From: Promethearchaeota archaeon
Lineage (GTDB): Archaea; Asgardarchaeota; Lokiarchaeia; Sigyniarchaeales; SOKP01
Direction of reading: 5' to 3'
DNA: 64,000 bases
NCBI GenBank assembly: GCA_019058445.1
Contig: JAHPZA010000003.1
Location: forward strand, 64,001-128,000
In this document: positions 1 to 10,240 of the stretch, piece after piece
How positions within the stretch are numbered: the first letter of the stretch is position 1
How the letters are laid out: the number at the start of each line of letters is the position of its first letter
The notes under the pieces: generated by a model
What the model was told of the DNA's origin: nothing
Seen by the model: the letters and a program-made list of their open reading frames with translations, nothing else
Databases searched by the model: none
Program-made: the position numbers and the translations under genes

Positions 1-495
1 ATGCAGCGCGGCACTAAAGAGTGCTGTTGCATTAATTTCGGGGTATTATCTGAAATAATTGAGAAAATTCCTCGATATATTCCAAAGGATCGCGTAGTGA
101 GGATAGATCGGGAAACGGCTATGGAACGTTTGGAAGAGCATAATAAAAAAGGCTATATTGCCTCTGTATGGTTTCAACCAGTACCATATATCAATGCAAT
201 ATGTTCTTGTGAAAGCCCTGAATGTGGAGGGCTCCGTTTGAGAACTAGTTTTGACTTAAATGCATTTTATAAAGCAGAATATATCATTCAATTAGATCAA
301 GATAAATGTCAGGGATGTAAACAATGTGTGTCCATGTGCCAATTTGGTGCATTGCGCTATATACCCTCTCAAAAAAGAGTTATCGTGGATTACGATAAAT
401 GCTTCGGATGTGGAGTTTGCAGACATGCGTGTAATAATGATGCGCTGAAACTAATCCCACGAGAAGAATTCCCTGGATGGGATGGAACATATTAG
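1..495 (+). CDS. 4Fe-4S dicluster (ferredoxin) domain protein, probably 5'-partial
   Basis: Two CxxCxxCxxxC motifs (CQGCKQCVSMC, CFGCGVCRHAC) plus ICSC..C. Begins at the window edge. Confidence 0.8.
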   Translation: MQRGTKECCCINFGVLSEIIEKIPRYIPKDRVVRIDRETAMERLEEHNKKGYIASVWFQPVPYINAICSCESPECGGLRLRTSFDLNAFYKAEYIIQLDQDKCQGCKQCVSMCQFGALRYIPSQKRVIVDYDKCFGCGVCRHACNNDALKLIPREEFPGWDGTY

Positions 496-503
496 GTGGT
501 GAT

Positions 504-785
504 ATGAGTAAAGCAAAAGGGAGATCAAAAATGAAAAAAACGAAAATTAAAATCGATTATACAAAGTGTGGGGATAAGGGAGGGATTGATCCTCGAGAAT
601 GTACAATATGTCTGAAAGTATGTGATCCTTGTGTGTTTTTGATGCATAGTGTAATAGGAGCAGAAGAAGAAGATCCGAATGATCCCCAAGTATGGCGTAT
701 AACAGCAGTCTGGCCTTCAGTTTGTATGAGATGTATGGCATGTGTTGAGGCTTGCCCTGAACAGGCCATAACTGTCAAATGGTAA
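504..785 (+). CDS. Small 4Fe-4S ferredoxin-like protein
   Basis: Cys motifs C..CTICLKVCDP and CMRCMACVEACP. ATG at 504 follows SD-like GGTGGTGA, so it is preferred over the track's 477 start. Confidence 0.75.
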   Translation: MSKAKGRSKMKKTKIKIDYTKCGDKGGIDPRECTICLKVCDPCVFLMHSVIGAEEEDPNDPQVWRITAVWPSVCMRCMACVEACPEQAITVKW

Positions 786-840
786 TTCTAAATAATATTA
801 TAATTTTTATATCTGCAGATCTCAGCCATAGCATGAAATT

Positions 841-1359
841 TTAAGCTGATGTGAAATGATCTATAAATTTTTTTTTGTCTTTTTTAAAATTTTCAATAAT
901 TCTACTTTCATTATTCCTATTAGGACAAGAATCACATTCAGAATTTTCTCCGCAATTACCTTTAGCAATATTCTTTTCGATTAATATCTTTCCAAAATTT
1001 TTAAATTGACCTATATTGCCGTTAAAATGCTCAATTTTTTGAAAATATAGTTGAGAAAATAGATCTCCAATTTTCCGAATTTTATTACTTATAGTTTTTT
1101 GATTATCATCGATATCTGCCACAATTATATAAAATAATCCTGAAATTTTAGTATCTATATAAAAATGAAAAGCTATTTCATTAAAATTTATGCTTTTAAT
1201 GGAGGATCCTGTTATTTCTTCAGAAATCATCTGAAGTGCTGATATATAGCTAGTAATTAAGTTAACGTCATGAGTTAAAGAATGACACTCTCCAAAATTT
1301 TGATTTACCAATGCAATACCATCTTTGACAATAAATAAATTCTGAATCAATATACCCAA
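841..1359 (-). CDS. Longin-like domain protein with C-terminal Cys cluster
   Basis: Longin pattern LFIVKDGIALV...LITSYISAL...IKSINF...FYIIVAD...FNGNIGQF. The tail carries CGENSECDSC. Confidence 0.6.
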   Translation of the reverse strand: MGILIQNLFIVKDGIALVNQNFGECHSLTHDVNLITSYISALQMISEEITGSSIKSINFNEIAFHFYIDTKISGLFYIIVADIDDNQKTISNKIRKIGDLFSQLYFQKIEHFNGNIGQFKNFGKILIEKNIAKGNCGENSECDSCPNRNNESRIIENFKKDKKKFIDHFTSA

Positions 1360-1570
1360 GGTTAACTTATTCGTGACTTATTTAGAGTTAAACAACTTCC
1401 AAGATATTAAAAAGTATTTCTTATGGAATATTATAGATTTTCTCATTTTATCTTCTTTAAATAAATCAATGATACAGAGATTCTATTCACAAAAAAGTCA
1501 CATGCTTAATAGACTCATTTAAAACAAGATTTTTAAAATTAAATTAACTATCCTTTAAATTATTTGAATC

Positions 1571-2611
1571 CTACTTAGACTTTTCATAGAGGTATTTTGC
1601 CATTTTATAAAAAGATTCTTTAACATTATCGCCCGTTAAAGCAGACGTTTCAATGTACTCCAAATTTAGTTCATTAGCCAAATTCATAGCTTCTTTTTTC
1701 GTTATTTTCCTTTCTTCAACTTTATCACTTTTATTTCCTAAGATGAACCCGACTAATTGCTCTTCTATGTCGACATGTCTCTTTATATCCTTGTGCCAAT
1801 TTCTAATGTCATTGAAACTCTTTGGATTAGTCAAATCAAACACCAAAAGAACTCCTCTGGCGCCTTTATAAAATGCGCTCCTCATAGTTTCAAATTTCGA
1901 TTGTCCCGCAATGTCCCAGAGTACTAGTTGTATGTTAGATTTTTTAAAGCGAATAATTTTATCTTTTACGTTTATCCCGATTGAGGGGATATATTTTCTA
2001 TCAAAAGCACTTTCAGTAAATCGAAGTATTGTGCTTGTCTTGCCAACCATTGGATCACCACAGACTATAATTTTGAATTGGTAATCTATTTTACCTTTAT
2101 CTTCGATATATTCTTCAGGAAATGCTTCTGATTCTTGGAGTGAAGATTCTTTAATTCGAAGTTCGTTTAAAATTTTTAAAACTTTTACACGAAGATTCTT
2201 TATTTCCTTTTGAATTTTTTTCCTTTCAGCTTTTGATTCTTCAATTTTAATAATATTTTGTGCGACTTCATTGAAGTCAGGATTAAAATATTCCATCCCC
2301 TTATAAAAAACGATATCATCAACCTCATTAAATAATAACGTAATTGCCGCTTGCCCAACCCCTCCACGACGGTCCTCATCTTTGTATTGGATATATTTAA
2401 TCAATCCCTTTAAACCAATAGAGGGAAAAGGAATAATGGCAATAGATTCTGGAATTAACCCTTGCTCAGCAGTCAAAAGAGTTATAGCTTTTATGCTAAC
2501 ATGAGTTAAGAGATCATCAGATAAATCAATAGGCTCCCAAATCTGCGGATCTGGTCCTATTTCCTCATCAACTTCAGTGTAAATAATACCATATACAAGA
2601 GATTCATCCAT
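1571..2611 (-). CDS. uDENN/longin-like domain fused to Rab-like small GTPase
   Basis: G1 GDPMVGKT, switch I YIPSIG, G3 WDIAGQ, G4 NKSD, G5 ETSAL. N-terminal EVDEEIGPDP...DEDRRGG resembles the FLCN/NPRL2-type longin. Confidence 0.85.
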   Translation of the reverse strand: MDESLVYGIIYTEVDEEIGPDPQIWEPIDLSDDLLTHVSIKAITLLTAEQGLIPESIAIIPFPSIGLKGLIKYIQYKDEDRRGGVGQAAITLLFNEVDDIVFYKGMEYFNPDFNEVAQNIIKIEESKAERKKIQKEIKNLRVKVLKILNELRIKESSLQESEAFPEEYIEDKGKIDYQFKIIVCGDPMVGKTSTILRFTESAFDRKYIPSIGINVKDKIIRFKKSNIQLVLWDIAGQSKFETMRSAFYKGARGVLLVFDLTNPKSFNDIRNWHKDIKRHVDIEEQLVGFILGNKSDKVEERKITKKEAMNLANELNLEYIETSALTGDNVKESFYKMAKYLYEKSK

Positions 2612-2898
2612 GTTAGTTCCTTTCGTTGGTTAATTCTCAATTCGTTGCATTAAATACTTTACAATAACTCCATTTAACAAGTATCATTATTATATAGCAA
2701 TAATAGTTTACGTTCTTTTAACTTCTTGTGTTTTTCCTTATGAGAATATTAACATTTATGTTACTTTTCTTTAAAAAATTTTTGACTCAGAATATCTCTC
2801 ATTTTTGTACAAGAATGCCTTTTTGAGTATATTAGAAAATCTTTCCAAAGGATAAGAAGAGGTATTTTTAATTTGAAAAATAACCTTTAGTGCTTAAG

Positions 2899-4044
2899 TT
2901 AAAGTGGTAAGGTAAAGTGGAAAGATGTTCCATGACCAACTTGGCTTAAAACCCCTATTTGACCATTGTGGCTTTCAATAATTTTTTTGGAAATAGCAAG
3001 TCCTAATCCAGTACCTTTCTCTCCATTTTTAGGTTTTATACTAGTAGTTTGGAACTCTTTAAATAATTTAGAGATCTCCTCTTCAGGAATTCCTGGTCCT
3101 TTGTCGATCACTCTAGTAATTACTTTATGGGGTTCTTGTTTAATTTTCACTAATATTTTTGATCCTTCCGGAGAGAATTTGATTGCATTGCCAATTAGAT
3201 TATTTATTACTTGCTGCATTTTATTCGAGTCAAATTCTAAAGTAAGAATTTCTCCATCATATTCCATTTCTATATCAATTGACTTCTCTTTTGAAATTAA
3301 TCTATTGTATATTAAGCATTCTTCAACGAATTCTTTATAGTTTCTTCTCCTTAAGTCTAAATGTAAATTTCCAGATTCGATTTTAGAAATGTCTAATAAG
3401 TCATTTACTAAATTGCCCATAAATTTGCTAGAATTTTGAATCATGGAGAGTAATTCAGATTTTCCTTGAATTGTAATACTATCTGGGTGTTCTAAAAGTA
3501 ATTGAGATGCAGATTTGACTACATTTATAGGATTTCTAAGATCATGGGCGGCAATTCCTAAGAATTCGTTTTTGAAATAATTTAACTCTTCAAGATGTTT
3601 TCTTTGGTTCTCTAATTCGGATATGTCTTGAATCATGACTAATGCATAATCAACCGCATTAAATTCAAGATAATTTGTTGTTACATAGAAATGCTTCATA
3701 ACGAACTCTTCTCCGATAAAAAACTCACGCGTAATAAGAGCATTTAGGTTTCCCTCTTTATCTTTAAGACATATAATTAGATTTTTCCTTATCTCACAAT
3801 TATTGCAATTCATTGTTTCTCCACAATCCGTTTGTTCTTTCACAGGAAAAATACACCCCAAAGCATTGCCACAAAGTTCATTATAGACTTCATCCCAAGA
3901 TTTATGAAAAAGTTTAGTAAAGGACTTATTTACATTTTGTACCCGTACATGTTCGTCAACGATAAACACAGCTGTTGGCATATTATCAAATAGTTTTCTT
4001 AAGAAATCATTTTTTCCTATTAACTCTTTTAAATGCTCTGACAT
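2899..4044 (-). CDS. PAS-domain sensor histidine kinase
   Basis: H box AAHDLRNP, N box NLIGNAIKFS, G1 DKGPGI, G2 GTGLGL. Cys-rich N-terminal PAS-like domain. ATG at 4044 is preferred. Confidence 0.9.
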   Translation of the reverse strand: MSEHLKELIGKNDFLRKLFDNMPTAVFIVDEHVRVQNVNKSFTKLFHKSWDEVYNELCGNALGCIFPVKEQTDCGETMNCNNCEIRKNLIICLKDKEGNLNALITREFFIGEEFVMKHFYVTTNYLEFNAVDYALVMIQDISELENQRKHLEELNYFKNEFLGIAAHDLRNPINVVKSASQLLLEHPDSITIQGKSELLSMIQNSSKFMGNLVNDLLDISKIESGNLHLDLRRRNYKEFVEECLIYNRLISKEKSIDIEMEYDGEILTLEFDSNKMQQVINNLIGNAIKFSPEGSKILVKIKQEPHKVITRVIDKGPGIPEEEISKLFKEFQTTSIKPKNGEKGTGLGLAISKKIIESHNGQIGVLSQVGHGTSFHFTLPL

Positions 4045-4221
4045 AATGCTCCCTAATTCCACAAATTCTAATAAAGATTCAATTTTAATAAAATAACTCA
4101 AACATTTATAATTTTTATTTTTTTAAATTGATCGAGATTAAAGAACGAATTAATTATTTATAAGCCTATAATTTTAAAAACAGTAATGATTTAAACTCTC
4201 AAATAATCGTTAGAGAAAAGG

Positions 4222-4512
4222 TTAATCTTTTATAGTCTCTAAGAGTGAGATGATTCTGTAAATAACCGTCCTTGAATGGAAAGGAATGTTTGGATCTTGT
4301 GAAAGATCACCCACCAAATACATCACGTTTGATGCAAGAATTCCTGGAGAATCGTTGCTCTCATTAATAATATTAATTCCTTGTTGGGCAAGTCGCTTGA
4401 TATTTCGAGGCACAGATCTATCTTGCAACATTCCTTGTAAAAGAATAATTACATTTTTAAAAGCCTCTTCTTGTTCTTTGGTAAGTTTTTCTTTTGGCAC
4501 TATTGCAGACAC
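4222..4512 (-). CDS. UPF0147 family protein
   Basis: Archaeal signature DRSVPRNIKR...SQDPNIPFHSRT. Confidence 0.85.
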   Translation of the reverse strand: MSAIVPKEKLTKEQEEAFKNVIILLQGMLQDRSVPRNIKRLAQQGINIINESNDSPGILASNVMYLVGDLSQDPNIPFHSRTVIYRIISLLETIKD

Positions 4513-4699
4513 CTTAACTGTATTTTAAGTATTAGAATGAATGTAAAAAAAATCGAGGAAAATTAATCTTTTAAATTAATAAATAAATATAATTTTTTTG
4601 ATTTGATCAAATCCCTTTTAAGAATAGGAAAGGTAATGATTAGTACTCGTAAAATGAGAGAGAATACAATCTTTTAAGTATTGATCAATTAATTCCTTA

Positions 4700-7609
4700 T
4701 CAATAAATTCCAAATTCTCGGATGTGTTTTCTTATTGCTGGGATTTTTTCTCCAAATTCCTTTATATAATTGTTATATTTGTCATAAATCGCATTGAAAT
4801 GAGAAATATCTTCATTATCTAATTCTTTTACAAACTCATAAGAGGCTTTTTGAATCCCATTGAAAATCTCATCAAATTTCCCCGAAAATTCTTGAAGGTT
4901 TGAATCCACATTTTGTCCTCTTTGTTTTCTTAGCATATTTCGTAATTTCCCACGAGGTACTCTAATTTTTTCAATCAACTCATCACAATCATGTAGGAAC
5001 TGATATGATTTATTCCTCGCATCATCTTTTAATTTAGCTTCAATAATTTCGGTTCTCCATGTATTAATCCTCCCCCGCGCATATGTATCAAAATTCAGTG
5101 AGATAGAGTCAATATCCTCTCTAACTAAAAATCTGAGGAATTCTGGATCATCTGATGGGGCTTGTCCACAAATTCCAACCTTTTTTCCATGCTCATGTGC
5201 GGTTTTAATTAGATGGGATACTGATCTTCTAATTGATTCACTATTGGTAATATAATTAAATTCCTTGGATAAGGGTATTAGTCTTTCATTATCCCTTCCA
5301 GCACCATAGATGAGTTGTGTAAGGTCATTCGATCCAATTGAGAAGCCGTCGAAATAGTTGCAAAAAATATCTGCGCAAATAATATTTGAGGGAATTTCTG
5401 CCATACAATAGATCTGTAATCCCTCCTCTCCACGAATTAAGCCCTCGGTCTTCATGATTTCTTCAATTTGTTTAGCTTCTTCAGGTGTTCTACAAAATGG
5501 TATCATAGGAATGATATTGGTTAAGCCCCATTCTCTTGCTTTCGCAATTGCTCGTAATTCTAAAATAAAGGCATTTTGAAAATCATCAGACACATATCGC
5601 GATGCTCCTCTAAATCCTAACATAGGATTATTCTCATCTCCTTCATAGATCCATCCTCCAATTAGATTTCGATATTCATTGGTTTTGAAATCTGAGAGTC
5701 TTACAACACAAGGACCAATAGTTCCATCTGGTAATTCCTTCCATACACCTGCGGCAATAGTAGCGATTCCCTCAGCTAGTTTTTCTACATAAAAATCCTC
5801 TTTATCATCATAACCCACTGTTAATTCTCTAATTTTATCCAAAGTGAGTTTTAATTTTTTAATTTCTTCGTTAAATGGGTCCTTATAATAAAGAACGCTC
5901 TTTTTAATCCCCTCTATTTTTTTTCTTTGATCAACTAATATATCATATCTCATTACCAAAGCTTCGTAATCGATGAGTGCGTTAGGATGCATTTGAATCT
6001 CATCATTTATTATGAATTCCAATCTCGCGAGTCCCGTTCCATCGGGATATTTCCCAGAAGATAAAGCACCCTTAGGAATCCCTAAATTAACTAAAACTTG
6101 AGTCTTAGTGTGAGGAAGTAGAGCAAATTCTATGGTATCAGAATCATATTCTACTGATTTAAGCCAAATTCTTGGCTCACCCTCACTACAATCTATAGTC
6201 ACATTTTCAAGACCATCACGTAGCTTTTCATTTATAATTTCAACGATATTATCAGCCCCTACAATAGATGCGATGTTTAATTCTCGTGAAACTATCGCAG
6301 CATGGCATGTAGGACCGCCTCTCTCTGTGATAACACCTCCCAAGTTTTGCATATAAGAGGTCCAATCGGGGTTGGTCTCTTCCGTTACTAAGATATCTCC
6401 TTCCGATAATAGATGAGCATCGTTAATCGATTCTATTACTTTAATTTTTCCATAATCAATCCTTCTCCCAATAGCTGTACCAGAATTTTCAACTAATAAA
6501 CCTTCTTTTTCGAGTTTGATAGGATCTTCAAGAAGATAGAAAATCTCCTCAGTATCTCCTTTCTGAGAATGTACTGTTTCAGGGCGTGCTTGAACAATAT
6601 AGATTTTATCATTATTACCGAGCGCCCATTCGATATCCATAGGTATGCCGTAATGTTTCCGTATTTTTATTGCATAATCCGCTAAAGTTAATACTTGCTC
6701 ATCGGATAAACAAAATTTTGATTGTTGTTTTTCAGGGATTGGTATTATAATGGTACCTACTTTTTTATCAGGATCGAAGATCATCATTTTTTCTTTCTTA
6801 ACCAATTCACGACGAATAATTCTGAGCGTTGGTGCATGTTTAAAGACAATAAATTCATCCCCTTTTTCCACTCCTTGAACGATTAATTCTCCTAAGCCCC
6901 AAGTTCCACGAATAGTGACCACATTTGGAGAGCCTGAGTCTGGGTCCTCTGTAAACATCACCCCTGAAGCCTTTACACCTCCTGTCCCTCCAGCCATCTC
7001 CTGAACACCTACGCTGAGTTTAACTGCAAAATGGTCAAATCCTGCTCTTTCACGATACATTGTGGCTCTAGTTGTAAAGACCGAAGCCATATCTTTAAGG
7101 ATATATTCTATAACATCATTCTCTCCGCTAATATTTAAATGGGTATCTTGTTGTCCGGCAAAAGAAGCATCCGGCAAATCCTCAGCAGTAGCAGATGATC
7201 GTATTGCAAAGGTGGTTTCTTCCCCGATACGCTTTACTAATTCTCGATACGTACTCAAAATCTCATCAGCTAAGCTATCAGGTATTTTTGCTTGCTCAAT
7301 ATGCGTTCTTATGTTCGAGCAAATCTTATCGACAGTTTGAATTGATTGGATATCTTCTTTTTGCAACTCTTCAGAAATGGTTTTAATTTGCTGATTAATA
7401 TATTCTTTTAATGAAATTAATTCTCGATTATACAAGATATCATTAGCTTCTAATACATAATCATAAGCACCAGCTACAACGGCAAAACCTAATGGCACGG
7501 GGATGCCGAAACTCAAAAGCTCACCTAAGCTGGCATTCTTGCCCCCTACTAAAGGTACATCTTCCTTTCTTAAGTCATCAAAAAATTTAATATAGCGATA
7601 ATCACTCAT
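4700..7609 (-). CDS. ppsA: Phosphoenolpyruvate synthase (pyruvate, water dikinase)
   Basis: VGGKNASLGE, AIRSSATAEDLPDASFAGQQDT, phospho-His GGPTCHAAIVSRE, NPMLGFRGASRY, FSIGSNDLTQL, GICGQ. Confidence 0.95.
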   Translation of the reverse strand: MSDYRYIKFFDDLRKEDVPLVGGKNASLGELLSFGIPVPLGFAVVAGAYDYVLEANDILYNRELISLKEYINQQIKTISEELQKEDIQSIQTVDKICSNIRTHIEQAKIPDSLADEILSTYRELVKRIGEETTFAIRSSATAEDLPDASFAGQQDTHLNISGENDVIEYILKDMASVFTTRATMYRERAGFDHFAVKLSVGVQEMAGGTGGVKASGVMFTEDPDSGSPNVVTIRGTWGLGELIVQGVEKGDEFIVFKHAPTLRIIRRELVKKEKMMIFDPDKKVGTIIIPIPEKQQSKFCLSDEQVLTLADYAIKIRKHYGIPMDIEWALGNNDKIYIVQARPETVHSQKGDTEEIFYLLEDPIKLEKEGLLVENSGTAIGRRIDYGKIKVIESINDAHLLSEGDILVTEETNPDWTSYMQNLGGVITERGGPTCHAAIVSRELNIASIVGADNIVEIINEKLRDGLENVTIDCSEGEPRIWLKSVEYDSDTIEFALLPHTKTQVLVNLGIPKGALSSGKYPDGTGLARLEFIINDEIQMHPNALIDYEALVMRYDILVDQRKKIEGIKKSVLYYKDPFNEEIKKLKLTLDKIRELTVGYDDKEDFYVEKLAEGIATIAAGVWKELPDGTIGPCVVRLSDFKTNEYRNLIGGWIYEGDENNPMLGFRGASRYVSDDFQNAFILELRAIAKAREWGLTNIIPMIPFCRTPEEAKQIEEIMKTEGLIRGEEGLQIYCMAEIPSNIICADIFCNYFDGFSIGSNDLTQLIYGAGRDNERLIPLSKEFNYITNSESIRRSVSHLIKTAHEHGKKVGICGQAPSDDPEFLRFLVREDIDSISLNFDTYARGRINTWRTEIIEAKLKDDARNKSYQFLHDCDELIEKIRVPRGKLRNMLRKQRGQNVDSNLQEFSGKFDEIFNGIQKASYEFVKELDNEDISHFNAIYDKYNNYIKEFGEKIPAIRKHIREFGIY

Positions 7610-7803
7610 TCCAAGTCATTAATGAGGTATTTTTATTTTTAAATTTATGCGCAATTTAACTATTGTATATTAAATTTATGAATAATTAAAAGTATTACTT
7701 TTGCTCAGAAAATTTAGGTAAAACTGTCATTCTAATAAAAAAAAGGAAAAAAAAATTATTTAAATTTTTTCTTTAGGAATGAAGATATTGCTAAAAAGAA
7801 ATT

Positions 7804-8565
7804 TCAAGGAAGTAAGATTTTGAAATGTTTCTTATAAAAGTAAGTAAAAATAGCTGTAAGAATGAAAATGTAGAAAACCTGAACCACTACACTCAATTCC
7901 GTAAATATAGCTCCCATATCGGTTATCTCTATTAATCTTGAATAATTATCATAATTGCTTAGGAAGATTATATAAAAAAGGAATCCAATTAAGAGAAATC
8001 GTTTGCTTATATAAATTCTTTTATTAAAAACGATATATAATTGAAAAGCAGCCATAATGCCATGTAATATAGGTCCACCAATCCATAAGTAAATATCTTT
8101 TGAGCTATTAATGAGAAATAAAGAGATCAACAAAAATCCTACAGAAGACACAGAGACAAATGAATTTAACAGAGCTGATTCAAATTTATTAATACAGGTT
8201 AAGCTTATTAAAATCAATGTGAGGTATGTGGTATGCGTTAAGGGTACATAATCGTGAACTATAAAGAAAAAATAAATCCAATATCCAACACAAAAGCCAA
8301 GTAAAATGTAACCAAAAACCTTAACCCCAACCGAATATTCTTTTTGCTCTATTACCTTATTTTTTGGTTCTAATAATTTCAAGTAATCCTCGGAATTTTT
8401 CCTTGAGAATTCTCTGTTTTTTAAGTTCTTGTTAATTCTTTTAATAATCTGGTCTGTAATAAGTTCAAGATCGGCATCCGTAAATTTTAGGGGATTTTCG
8501 TTGTGTTGGGATAATAAATTTCCAAGATCCTTATTTTTTTTTATTAATCCAACATCTTCTGTAAT
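7804..8565 (-). CDS. Multi-pass membrane protein, paralog of 10241..11017; start uncertain
   Basis: About 6 hydrophobic segments. Shares LEPKxKVxEQKE and INKFES-LLNS with its paralog. The frame stays open upstream of the track's TTG (8382) to a TAA at 8571-8569. Confidence 0.65.
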   Translation of the reverse strand: MTEDVGLIKKNKDLGNLLSQHNENPLKFTDADLELITDQIIKRINKNLKNREFSRKNSEDYLKLLEPKNKVIEQKEYSVGVKVFGYILLGFCVGYWIYFFFIVHDYVPLTHTTYLTLILISLTCINKFESALLNSFVSVSSVGFLLISLFLINSSKDIYLWIGGPILHGIMAAFQLYIVFNKRIYISKRFLLIGFLFYIIFLSNYDNYSRLIEITDMGAIFTELSVVVQVFYIFILTAIFTYFYKKHFKILLP

Positions 8566-9142
8566 TTTTTACATCAACCCCGACAAGGAACTAAATAAAA
8601 ACTTATAAAAAAAAAAAATAATAATAATACTAATAAGAATATGTAAGATAAGGTATTTAAATGTTTTGTTGTAAAATTTTTGATTCATTTAAATATAACA
8701 TTTTCAAGATTCTCAAAATTTGTACAATTTTGCATTTTTTTACCACAAAATGTGGTTTTTTTTTCTGATATATTAATTAAAGCAACCAGCGTAATCCTGC
8801 TAAAGAGTCTACCTATGATTTAATTGCTAAGATGAATTTTTAAAAAATTAAATTAAAATAATTAAAATTCTCTAATTATACTCAAAGATTAATTTATTAA
8901 ATTTTTTTTCTTACAAAATACAAACAATCCATCGGAGATAATATCAAAGGGGTATAAATTTGGGAAAAAAGTTAACTCCAGAAAAAATATATGAAGGAAA
9001 ATTTTTTTCCTTCTTTCTTCTTGAAATGTTTCGATATCGAAAGACGCCAAAAATGAATTTTTATCATTAAAATGATAATTACTTCTTTTTAATACTCTCT
9101 CCTCGAGTATAGTTTATCTTTTTTAATTAAAATTTCTTAATT

Positions 9143-9182
9143 ATTATTATTGAAAAATTCAAATTATTATTGAAAAATTCAA
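9143..9182. repeat. Perfect 2 x 20-bp tandem direct repeat
   Basis: ATTATTATTGAAAAATTCAA at 9143-9162 and 9163-9182. Confidence 0.9.
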
Positions 9183-9191
9183 GTGAGGAAT

Positions 9192-9392
9192 ATGGGAGAA
9201 GAAATTAAAGGTTTTGAGAAAATAGAAAAGATAATAGGAACTATTTGGGTCATTATTTTAGTGTTTTTATGGATCAGCTATCCTTTTCTTCCTGGGGATA
9301 TATTTTTCTGGATGTGGGTTGCAATAATCTGGTCGATTGCTGGAGGTATTATGGGATTAATCTTTTATTTAATTAAAAGATCAAAAAAGTAA
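9192..9392 (+). CDS. Small two-TM membrane protein
   Basis: Two hydrophobic helices and a basic C-terminus. ATG at 9192 follows GTGAGGA. Confidence 0.6.
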   Translation: MGEEIKGFEKIEKIIGTIWVIILVFLWISYPFLPGDIFFWMWVAIIWSIAGGIMGLIFYLIKRSKK

Positions 9393-9394
9393 AA

Positions 9395-10129
9395 TTAATT
9401 CTTCTTTTTTCTCTTTTTCTTTGAAGGTATTACTACACCCTGTTTGCGTACCATTCGCAACCGTTCGATCCGTATTTTCATGCTATGAACAATTACACCA
9501 ATAAAGAGGAACGATAAAAGAATTGTAGCCCATTCCATAATAGGGATAATAAAAAACCATAAAACGAGATTAACTGCTGCTGCTGAAAAGCCAAATTTTG
9601 CTACATTTCGAGTAAATTTATATTTATAGAGTGCGATGGATGGGAATAGAAAAGTCAAAACACTAACAACAAAAAGGCTCATAGACCAGAATATATGTAT
9701 GAGGAAATTATTCTCTGGGAATATTCCACACATAATCATAGCGAATGCGCAATACAATCCCGATAACTGAGTCAACATCGTAAGCCTTTTATTCCTTCTA
9801 CCACCAATGTACCACTCATATAAACCAATAAAGAACGGAATGAGGGCAATTCCAGCGGCAATTATACCGATATTAAAATAAATTGCCCCTTCTGGATTTA
9901 GATTAGAGTTCCCTAGGTTACTCATCCAGTTCATAAACGGATTATATGTCCCAGGAAAGAATGCCATTGAAATAAACGCAAAACTCCAAAAAATTATGAT
10001 AGCAAAAAGCCCGGACACAACACTAATTGGCCATTTAGAGGGAATCGGAAATGTTTCAATTGCTTTTTTTATTTTCTCTGACTCAATTATCTTTTTTATT
10101 TTCTCTGATTTCAATAATAACCTCTCCAT
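9395..10129 (-). CDS. DUF998-like multi-pass membrane protein
   Basis: YNPFMNWMSNLG...NPEGAIYFN, GIFPE...HIFWS pattern, about 6 TM segments. Confidence 0.65.
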   Translation of the reverse strand: MERLLLKSEKIKKIIESEKIKKAIETFPIPSKWPISVVSGLFAIIIFWSFAFISMAFFPGTYNPFMNWMSNLGNSNLNPEGAIYFNIGIIAAGIALIPFFIGLYEWYIGGRRNKRLTMLTQLSGLYCAFAMIMCGIFPENNFLIHIFWSMSLFVVSVLTFLFPSIALYKYKFTRNVAKFGFSAAAVNLVLWFFIIPIMEWATILLSFLFIGVIVHSMKIRIERLRMVRKQGVVIPSKKKRKKKN

Positions 10130-10240
10130 TTATTATAAGAACTATGAAGCAAAAAACGATGGACGAAAAAAATTTAGAAAATTTTGAGTTTATTAAATAC
10201 AATATCTATAAAAAAATTTTGTTTAATAATTCATTGCATT

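Noticed and set aside
10065-10108. 17-bp repeat with 27-nt period encoding SEKIKK twice
   Set aside because: A small in-frame duplication in a low-complexity N-terminus, with no evident function.
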